A DNA stretch of 64,000 nt from Paraspadella gotoi (lineage: Eukaryota > Animalia > Chaetognatha): the NCBI GenBank assembly GCA_051294375.1, contig CM119264.1, positions 23,782,285 through 23,846,284 on the forward strand. Direction: 5' to 3'. The first letter of the stretch is position 1, and each line of letters starts with the position of its first letter. Position numbers and translations under genes: made by a program. The notes below the pieces were generated by a model, which saw only the letters and a list, made by a program, of their open reading frames with translations, did not search any database and was not told the DNA's origin. Shown piece after piece: positions 53,580-64,000 of this stretch.

Positions 53580-56500
53580 ATACAGCAAGAAGCAATGGAA
53601 AGAGAAAGCATGAAACCGAAGAAAAGAAAAGTCAACAAAGAGAAAAGAAAGAAAAGAAGAAGAAAAAACATAAAAAAAAGAAAGCAAAGAATATAGAAAA
53701 AAGGGAAAAAGAAAGTACGAAAAAGAAAGAAAAGAAGAACCAACGAAGAAAACGAAAAGAAACTCAGAAAAAGAAGACTAAAAAAGAAAAAGAAACGAAA
53801 AGCATAAGAAAAACAGTCGAAAGAGAAAAGAAAAGAAAGACAAAGAAAAGAAGAAGAAATAGAAACAAGAAACGAAAGAAATAGAAAAGAAAAGAAATGA
53901 AAAAAGAAAAAGAAAGAAAAGAAAAGAAAGAAAGACAAAGAAACACAGAAAAAAAGAAAAGAAAATAAAGAAAGAAAAGAAAAGAAAAAAAGAAGAAGAA
54001 AAAAGAAAGAAAGTAAGAAGAAAACGAAAAGAAAAAGGGAGGAGACAAAGAAAGAAGAAAAAAAAAGCAAAAAGAAAAAAGAAAAGAAAAGAAAAGAAAA
54101 GAAAGAAAAAGAAAAAGAAAAGGGGATGAGCCAACCCGAGTTTTTCATGACGAAACGCGAACTGTTTGCGAAGTAGGAAGAAAGAGAAAGATTCCGGTAC
54201 GTCAATATTTCCCGAAGAACACGACGATTATCTATGTGTAGGAAATTTCGATCATTAAAAAAATATTCACTCCAATCAAGTTATTCGCTACGATTAACTT
54301 TAAAACTTCCCTCAAATTTTTCATCTTAAGCCTGAATTCTGGGTAGCCTTTCAATTTCGTTTTCCCCTGAAAATATTGCATACCCACCGATTTTCCATTC
54401 TTTATATTCGTTAGTCTCGCTCAATGGAAGAAGGAATCAAAGTTTCAATCTACTCGAAGACACTACTGTAATGAAATATGTTTAAAATATCCGGAAAAAA
54501 TAGAATTCTTTTCTTTTCAGCTCGAATCGGAGGATACGATATCTTTATATTAAATTATTTTTTAACCAGGAATCAATTCCGTATTTTCTTCGTTTTTTCA
54601 TTTTCTTTTTTATAAAAAAAGTTTCGTAATTAAGATCAACGAATCGAAGTCAAAGAAGAGCAGAATACTTTGAAAGAAAAAAGAGAAATTCTTTAAAAAA
54701 AGTCCTTACGCATGATTAGTCTCCCTTTGGGTTTTCTCTAAATGAGTATCAAAAGTGGATGAATCCATTAGTAGTTGGATTGTTATTTGTAAAAACAACG
54801 CGAAAGAGGGGGATTTAATTTAAGGTAATGGTTAGGAGAGAATGAAAGAGAGAATTGATAATACAATAATAGTTACAAGTTATAATAATAAGGGATATGG
54901 TATTTGTAGTTCGAAAAGGTGACGAACAGAAGTGACTAGTGATAAGTAAGATCAGTAAAAGAAGTGAACGAACTATGAAAAAATTGTTACGAGGCAAAGG
55001 AAAAATTTAGCATTGTTACAGGACGAGTTAAAGAAGGAAGAGAAGCCTAACTTATATATATAAAGTTTTTTAAGTTTTAATTATATGCTTCTTACTGAAT
55101 GATTTGAGGATATGCATTCTGTATTAAATTTAATTAATAAATATATAATTAAACTCCCTTTGGTTAGAGTTTTAAATAAAAGAAAGAGAGAAGAGAAGAA
55201 GATTAGTAAATGGTGATGACAAAAAAAAGCTGGGATTATTATACTACAAATCTTTAAATTATAAGCAAAAGACGAGCCACCACTTGAACTTTAGGCAGAG
55301 TCGCATTTTGGGAAGGGGGGAGGCGGGGAACACCAGTGAATTAGATCCTTAGTGGAAATAGAGTTAAAAGAAACGCATACACATAGATAGCAACAGATGA
55401 AAGCGTACTATTACGAGTTTTTATTTTTATCATATTCTGTTCGTTTATATCAGTTTTTCTTCTAATAGAATATCACAGCACATTCCTTCTGTTTAAGCAC
55501 TTGTTAATAGTCTATTTTTTTAAATAAAAAAATCTTTACCATATATATGAGAAATATTACACCGCAAGGTCATATGAACAAAAAGGTGGTGGTTGATGAG
55601 GGGGGATAACTTGTTGTTGAGCGCGGGACCCCCCAAAGTTTATTATATATGATTTTGGTAAGAATATCATACATAACATATCTCAGGGAATATCTCTCAG
55701 TCATACCTCATGTCGTTCTCGTTAGTCATTTCATCGTATCAATACTGAGGTCGCACTACATACTGGGGAGGTCTACTAGAAGGCACCCTTTAATGTTTTC
55801 TTCATGATCACGATATACTTTTATCCACACTCTAACTTTGCAATGAAAATTATAACTATTTCTCTTCTTTATTCCACACACATTTTTAAATTATTCTCTC
55901 TATTGAATCACTTTTTTATCTTTCATGTTTAGTAACAATGGGACGTAGGTCATCAGTTGGGAACCTATACCCTCTCCCCTACTTCTCTCAATCTCTCCCC
56001 TCGGAACCAACTGGAGGATTTCTTTTAAAGACACCTATACTGGCACTAGAAATACATCTACCGATATGTCGAACAAAAAAACTTTAAAGTTAAAGCTAAC
56101 AATCTGGCTCCAGCGAGTCAACTATAGAATATGAGATAAAGATAAAAAAAATAATAAATAAAATAAAATACCTATACCTAAATAAAGATAAAAATCATCG
56201 TTTTATCAATCGTCAAAGCAGCCGTCATTGCAAAAAAGCCAAAAAAAAAGTCATTTTATCATTAGAGACAAAAAAGAGAAATCGCTTAAAAAGTAGTAGT
56301 CTTTAATTTAACACTACAACTCGCCCGTATCTCCTTTGTCGAATCCACTGTTCATTAACTATCTCTTTCTGTCGCGGCAAGCTGTCAGGATTCTCTCCTC
56401 ATGTCGGTCTTATGCGAAGGAATTCCTAGAAATACCTGATGCACGGATACATATGGAACAAAAGAAAAGGACGATAGGAAAACTTAATATAGAATAAAGC

Positions 56501-59500
56501 GATTGGGCATATAATCCGGTACGTTCCCGCGATTTCGGGGCGGGGAGAATGAATATTCGCGAAGAAGGAGAGAGAAGAGAGAGGAATGAGTAGAGATGAA
56601 AAAGAAAAGAAGAGAAGAGAGAGGGAGAGAGACGAGAGAGAGAGGAGGGCCGAAAGAACAAACGGACGAAGGCCGCCCCAAACTGGGACGGCCGCCGGAC
56701 CGAGACGGGGGGCCGGACGAAACAAGGGGAGCGCGTGCGACGCAGAGACAGAGAGCTAGAGAGACAGAGACACAATTACAAGAAGATAGGCTTGCAAATA
56801 ATCGCGAATTTCAGAAACCTGGGAAACGCCTCCAGAAAAATCGTAGACACGAAAAAATAGAGTAATAAATCAGCTTTTTTATTCCCCTTTTTATTCCGGG
56901 TATCTTCTTCGGTGGTTCTATTTTGTCGCCACGTTGGGATATTCGTCGGCCACTGTTTGCGATTTGTCGCGCTCTTCCTACCGGGTAACAATCCTTTGTC
57001 GGTAACTAGCTGAAATTTCAAAAGCTGAAAATTCTCTCAATTCTGGTGACTATGTTTACACCCGTGACGAATGAAACTCGTGAATTTTTCCGTTTTTAAT
57101 GACGTATACATGTACACTTATATTCGGGTTATTATAGGAACGGCGAAGAAAAGATAATGCGCGAAAATAATATTTTGCGAACCCATGAAAATGGTACGAT
57201 GCGGCCGAACGACATTGGACTCCCAAGGATAAAGATGGCTAAAGACGATGAGACACAGACGAAAATGAAAACCGACGAGAAGGAAGGAAGAATGAGAGCA
57301 ATGACAAACAAAATAAAAACAACAACGATAAACCGATAAAACCGGGACGACTACAGACGAAGACCCCATAAGAACGGGATTGATAGTAAAAACGACCAAA
57401 ATATGCTACGACAAGCCAACGAACGATCCACGACGAAAACGATGAGAATGAACTAGAACAAACGAAACGACAGCGACGAAAACGACAAGACGACCAAGAC
57501 ATGAAACACCCACGACAAAACGACGATGACCGACCTTAGACAATGAAAACGAACAACGACGAAACGACCGATGACGACCAGACAATGAAACGACAATGGA
57601 GAAAACAAGGATGAACGAACCAAAGACGCACGAAACGACGAACGACGACGGACACAACGACAACAACTCCTCCCTCGCTCCCCTCCTCCCACTGGAATGA
57701 ATGGTGGACGAGATCGAAACGAACGCAAAAAAGGGCCGCAAAAAGACTTGGCCCTTCCCCCGACCTCTTGATAAATCGCGATCGGCATCCGGCGCGGACG
57801 ACAGATTCTGAAAAGAAAAATCCATAATTTCCGTTTAAAATAAGCATTTAATTAATACTATTGATCTTGATTTTTTTAAATAATTTTACTTTTTCATTAT
57901 CTATATCCTACAATATCTTCTTAAAGATTTGGTAATTACAAACCTTTCTTTTTCCAATCTCTAACCTGGCTCAAATAGAGACACCGATGGAAGGAAGATA
58001 CAGATCCAAGAGTTCGCGGGCTCAGATTTTTATTCCACAAGTGTGAGGGAACCTCCTTTATTTTTTCCGCGCATGCTATCTTACACTCTTTACCTTACCC
58101 TCCTCTCTCTCCTTCCCTCTCTCTTCATCTCTCTCTCCTCTCCCGTCTGCTCTCATCCCTCTCGAGAATGGAACGAGTTAGTCGAGACCGAAATCAAGAC
58201 AACAAGACAAGAGAGTCTCACTCGCTCACCGCCTTTTTCCTCTCTTCTCTCTCTCTCCCGTCTCTCTCTCTCACTTTAACCCATTTACTGATTGATCCGG
58301 CTTATTAACAAAGAAACAGAAACCCCAAAAATAGGTTATCCGCTTAAATATCTCGTTAATTCGTCATTGATTTTTTTTTGTTCATCTCTTTATAAATCAG
58401 TTATATTTGCCTCTTTATGTGGTTTTTTTTTATTCTCTTTTCATTAAACTTATGAACTCTCTTCTCGTTTTTTTCTAAATCTTCTTTTTTCTTCGATCCG
58501 TTTTGAAGATTTCCAGCTTTTCCAATTTTTTCTTTTTTTCCCTCGCTGCAATCTAAAATATTTTGACTCCGATGGGTCAACGAATTCATTTCTTATTTCG
58601 ATTTGACGTAGAAATTCAGACTATAAAATTTTTGTTTTTGTTGAAGGCTAAAATGTTTTTATTTTTTAATACTATAAGTTAAAAAAAAAAAGCTTGCATT
58701 AATTTCTGGGCTGAACTTTAGGCGATTTATTTGAATCGTTTCGGTTTTTAAAAGTTAAATACGCTTTGAAAATCCAAAAACAAAACGACCGTCGTTTTCC
58801 ATTGTGAAAAAAAGGGATTTTAACTCGGATTGAGATTTATTCCGGATTTTGTTTGAAAATTTTTAATTTTAAAAAGTGGGCGATAAAAAGATGGGGTTCG
58901 CGAAAAAAGCTTGTGTCTTTGTCTCTCTCGATCTTTGTCTCTTGTGTTATTCTTGTCTTTGTCTATAGTCTTGTTTTCGAATTTCAAAATTCCATTGGAA
59001 ACAATAGAGGTTCGGTTTCCATGCCATAAGCCCCCACGGCTGCTTTCACCAGTTCGCCATTTTTAATCCCATCTTTTTTTTCACTCAAATCTTCTCTTTC
59101 TCGAATTCCATGGAAGACAAGAAACGCTTACCAACGAATGACGACAAACAAACGACGACGAGACGATAACGGACGAAATAAAAAAAAAATAAGATTATTA
59201 AATTAAAATAAATTAATCACGTGACGGTCATCGATTTCTATGGAATCACAATTTAAACGACGAGAGATTAATTTTCCCCGGGAAACGAGTTTAATGATTC
59301 CGTCAAGTTTGCTCATGTTTTACGGATTATTGTCCCTTATGTCCCTTCCTCTCATCCTCTATCTCTTCCATCTCTCTCTGCTCACAGTCGGCCTCCTAAT
59401 CATACTGTCTCTCTCTCTCTCTCTCATCATCTCTCTCTCTCTCATCTCTCCTCTCTCGTCTCCCCTCCTCTCTCTCTCTCTCTCTCTCCTCATCGTCTCT

Positions 59501-62500
59501 CTCTCTTTCCCGGCGCTTTTTTTTACATCTTCTCCTTCAATAAGTTTAACGAAGCAAAAGTGGCATTTTTTTTTTCTCAATTAAGCGATCCGTGAGCGAA
59601 ATCAAATCTTTTCGCTTCGGCGAGAATCAAATTAATTATTGATTGTGGGTAAAGATAAATGAAAACAATATAAGGGAGTTGGTCTTTTCATTACAATGAA
59701 ACATTCTTTGAAAAACAATTCTTTTGAAAACTTGCAGCGCACTTGCTAATAATGTTCATATCTTGAAAGAGAGTGATGGAGGCCTTAAACCCACCAAAGC
59801 CTGTCCAATCAGGCAAAGATATGGCTTATTTATTAAATAATGGAACTTTTTATATTGGTTGTACCAAATTCATAAAATTGGAACGCGTATTCCCGAGAAC
59901 TGCTTTTCTCTTCAGGTAGTAAAAAAGAAAATGTCATTGTTTAGATAAAACTAGTTCACTTTTTATTTTTTTTGCAGTTTTTTAAATTTTTTTTTTTTAA
60001 ATTTCTTTTTATTCTTCATACTCGGTATTGAAACAACATGAATGAGAAAAACAAACATCAGTAAAACTGAAACTAACACAAATTAATAATTTGAGCTTTT
60101 AGCAAATTTTATTACTTGCTCTTTTTTAACCTAAATTTTATGCCAAATAAACACTATCGAATAATATCGTCGTCCTCTTTCTGTCCGTATTAAAAATTTT
60201 TTATATATCTGCTTTTTTAGGCGGTAGGCAAAGAAACTACCGAAATCAAGTGCATATTTACTCTCTCTGACTCGTCCGTCACTCCACTCTCGGTCCTCTC
60301 TCTTTTTATTCCTCCTATCCTCTCTCCTTCTCTCTCTCTCTCTCGTGTTCATCAGTGCCAAGTTGATAATCGTCTTCGGACTGTTGGTCGTTGGAAGACG
60401 AAAAAGATTGGAGGCGTGTCCCTCCTTGGGGTCTCACGACGACGACGAACGACGACGACAAATTACAGACAAACATAAACAATGCCAACTAGATTAAAGG
60501 ATCCGACCAATTTTCAAGAATTATTTGTATAAGTAAAACTTTAGTTATAATCGAAAACTTCAATGTGAAATTTAATTCTAACATTGACAATAAGTCAACA
60601 TGAGAGATATGACTACGTCGCTACAAAAATATTAAAGGAAAGTTAAAAATACTTTTTTTTTAATGTTTAAATGTTTAATTATTTCCTCCTAGAATTTTGG
60701 GAAAACCCCTTATTGCTCGTGAAAAGCAAAATGATAAATCACAAACACGAGACTGCCGAAAAAAAAGGTCACTGAACTCTACCTTTGATCTCACCGTCTC
60801 TGCTTTTGCCTTTAGGTCTCTCCATCTCGCCGTTCTCTCCTCTTCTGTCCCGTGCTCGTTCCTCTCGTCTCTCTCTCTCTCTCTTCTCTCCCACGCGCCA
60901 CNNNNNNNNNNNNNNNNNNNNNNNNNCACCAAAGAGAGAGATTTAAGCCTTAAAGGAATAAGCAAGAAGCATGGAAAGAGAAGATGAAACGCAGAAAGAA
61001 AGTCGAACAAGAAAAGAAAAGGAAAGAAAAGAAAAGAAAAGAACTAAAAAAAAGAAAAGCAAATGAATAAGAAAAGAAAAAGAAAGTAGAAAAAAAAGAA
61101 CAAGAAAAGAAAAGAAGAAAAGAAAAGAAAAGAAATCGAAGAAAAGAAAGAAAAGAGAAAGAAGAAGAAAAAAGAACAGAAAGAAAGGAAAAAGAAAAGA
61201 AAGACAAAGAAAAAGAAAGTCGAAAAGAAAAGAAAAAAGAAAGAACACGAAAATAGAAAAAAACGAAAAAAAGAAAGAGACAAAAGAAAAGGAAAACGAA
61301 AAGAAGAAACGAAAGTCGCCTCTTAAAGAAAAGAAAAAGAAAAGAAAAGAAAAGAAAGAAAAGAAAGAAAAGAAAAGAAAAAGAAAAGAAAGAAAAGAAA
61401 AGAAGAGAAAAGAAGGGAAGAAAAGAAAGAAGAAAAGAGAAAAGAAAAGAAAAGAAAGAAAAGAAAGAAAAGAAAAGAAAAGAAAGAAGAAAAGAAAAAG
61501 AAAAGATGAGCTTCATTTGCGAAGAGAAGAGAGTCTTTGATTTTCCACAGACGAAGCATTGAATTTCGACTTAATAAAATTCCTCGATTAATTTAACTTT
61601 TCAATTTCATCTTAGCCTAATTCTGGGTAGCCTTTCAATTTCGTTTTCTGAAATATGCACCACCGATTTTCCCTCAATTTCAGCTTGACCTACTTTTTCG
61701 ATGAATTCTTTTTTTCGCTCTCTTCTTTTTAATTTTTTTTTTCCAGTCAATGATTTTTTTTTTCATTTTCTTTTTTAAAAAAAGTTTCGTAATTAAAGAT
61801 CAAAATCGAAGTCAAGCGATCTGAAGAGAATCTTTTAGAAGCCTTTCGCTTTCTTTGGGTTTTCTAAATGAGTATCAATGATTCTTAGTTTTTTTAAACA
61901 CCGATTTAATGTTATTTTCGAAGAGAGAATTATATACATATACAATTATATATAATGGTGTTTTTCGAGGTACGACATGCTGTTTATAATAGTAAATACA
62001 ACTATGAAAATTTTCAAAATTACTTGTTACACTATCTTATATTTTTATTTTTTATGAATGTTTTACTATTTGATCTGTATTATTTAATTATATATATTAC
62101 TTTTTTGTTAAAAAATTGTTTGCGTATTATATCTAATAACTCATTTTGGGAAGGGGAGGCCAGTGTTGTCTTATGGAAATAGAGGGAGCATCTATACAAC
62201 ACAAGGTTNNNNNNNNNNNNNNNNNNNNNNNNNNNNNNNNNNNNNNNNNNNNNNNNNNNNNNNNNNNNNNNNNNNNNNNNNNNNNNNNNNNNNNNNNNNN
62301 NNNNNNNNTATACTCTATACCTATACCCTATACCCTACACCCTATACCTATAGATATAGATAAATAATAAATAAAATAATAAATACCTATACCTAATAAA
62401 GATAAAAATCATCGGTTTTATCAATCGTCAAAGCAGCGTCATTGCAAAGCCAAAAAAAAAGTCATTTTATCATTAGAGACAAAAAAGAAATCGTTAAAGT

Positions 62501-63350
62501 AGTAGTCTTTATTTTAACCCTGCCCGTATCTCCTTTGTCGATCCTGTCATTACTATCTCTTCTGTCGGCAATGTCGGATTCTCTCCTCCGTCGTCCTTCG
62601 AAGAATTCCTAGAATCCGTCACGGTACATTTGCGACGAGAAACTAATTTGCATATCTCGTCGTCGNNNNNNNNNNNNNNNNNNNNNNNNNNNNNNNNNNN
62701 NNNNNNNNNNNNNNNNNNNNNNNNNNNNNNNNAAAAAAAAAAGAGAGAGATTCGCTGTCTCTGTTCTAAGTCTCTTGTCGCTCTCTTCTATCTGTCTCTC
62801 TCTCTTTCTCTCTCTCTCTCTCATCTCTTTCTTCTCTCTCTCTCTCGCTCTTCTCGTTCTCTTCTTCGGATCATTCATTTCCGAAATCGGAGAAGAGAGA
62901 GCTAGAGACAGAGACAGCGAATTTGAATCCCAAATGAGAAAAAAGATATTCAAATTTTCGGGGATTGGGTTCGTATTTGTCGCCAAACGTTGGGATTCGT
63001 CGGCCACTGTTGCGATTTGTCGGCTCTTCTAGGTACATTTGTCGGTAACTGTAAATTTCAAAAGCTGAAATCTCCAATTCTGTAGTTACAATGAAATGTG
63101 AATTTTTCCGTTAATTATACATGTACATATTATACGAAAGGAAAAGATAAATGCGGAAAATATAGCGAACGAAATGGTACGAGAATGGAGACGAGTTAGT
63201 GAGCGAATAAGACAACAAGACAGAGAGTGAGCGAGCGAATAGGACAACAAGACAGAGAGCGAGTGAGCGAGAGAATGAGAAGGACGAAAGCTCAAGAAAT
63301 TAAAAGAGAGAGAAAAAGTGAAAAACCGACGGAGAGTAGAAAACAAGAGC
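53580..63350. repeat. Noisy direct duplication, about 53580-57500 vs 60955-63350
   Basis: Shared anchors ttctgggtagcctttcaatttcg (54337/61621), gataaaaatcatcg...tcaatcgtcaaagcagc (56187/62401) and cgttgggat..tcgtcggccactg (56932/62988). The first copy is insertion-rich. Confidence 0.85.
59670..59880 (-). repeat. Inverted, diverged copy of the 7877-8365 repeat family
   Basis: gtgatggaggccttaaacccaccaaagcctgtccaa and tatattggttgtaccaaattcataaaatt are reverse complements of motifs in the unit. Confidence 0.8.
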
Positions 63351-64000
63351 AAGAGAGTGNNNNNNNNNNNNNNNNNNNNNNNNNNNNNNNNNNNNNNNNN
63401 NNNNNNNNNNNNNNNNNNNNNNNNNNNNNNNNNNNNNNNNNNNNNNNNNNNNNNNNNNNNNNNNNNNNNNNNNNNNNNNNNNNNNNNNNNNNNNNNNNNN
63501 NNNNNNNNNNNNNNNNNNNNNNNNNNNNNNNNNNNNNNNNNNNNNNNNNAGGGAAGAGAGAAGTACTAAGGGAATTAAAAGCCAATATGGGGACTGGGGA
63601 CTTGGGGACTGGGGACTGGAGAGAGGTAAAGAGATAGGGTAAAGAGAGGATAAGAGTCGAGAAAAGAGAAGGAGATAGAAGGAGAAAAGAAAAACCAATG
63701 ATTTGCGATTAAAATCCGCGTTTGTTGCTTTCAACTTAATTTCTTTCTTTTCCTTTTTTTTCTTTCGGCAATTAAGAACCGCTAAATCACGAAAGAAACT
63801 CCATTTTAAAAAAAGCTTTTAAAAAAAGGGACGCATTTTTTTTGTCCATTTCCGTCGACGACGAATCGCGAAACGACGCCACCGATCTATTATTATTGCT
63901 TTCTTTTTTTTTAAATTGATGCGGCGACGCTTTCCTTAAAGATATTTTTTGGTCGGTCGGTCATACACTTAGTTTTAAAATTTGTTTCGTTCAAAATTGG

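Noticed and set aside
53421-54205. Long Phe/Ser/Leu-rich 'membrane protein' ORFs (also 48088-48523 and 60943-61559)
   Set aside because: Translations of AAAG-rich low-complexity DNA.

Overview
AT-rich, microsatellite-dense animal (probably invertebrate) genomic DNA from a gappy, error-prone draft assembly. It is not prokaryotic: I found no operons, rRNA, tRNA, CRISPR or recognisable transposase. Almost all ORFs in the track are microsatellite or N-gap artefacts. The main real content is one multi-exon minus-strand gene, rebuilt here by hand from GT-AG exons with matching phases (about 43.4 kb down to 9.0 kb; last exon not found). It encodes a type I membrane immunoglobulin-superfamily protein: signal peptide, about five Ig-like domains, one TM helix and a His/Gly-rich cytoplasmic tail. 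That layout resembles Kirrel/Neph/IrreC or nephrin/CADM-type adhesion receptors, but orthology is not established. The locus has heavy local redundancy: a ~3 kb tandem duplication of exons 4-5, a nested inverted/direct duplication of exons 1-2 (29.3-47.3 kb) and several noisy duplicate blocks. Most of this looks like long-read gap-filling or haplotype artefact, though biological readings can be tested. Also present are minisatellites, a dispersed ~324 bp repeat family, RFX X-box-like motifs and a possible frameshifted Asp-rich exon near 50.1-50.6 kb. I found no convincing new biological system; the divergent IgSF receptor is the most interesting object.
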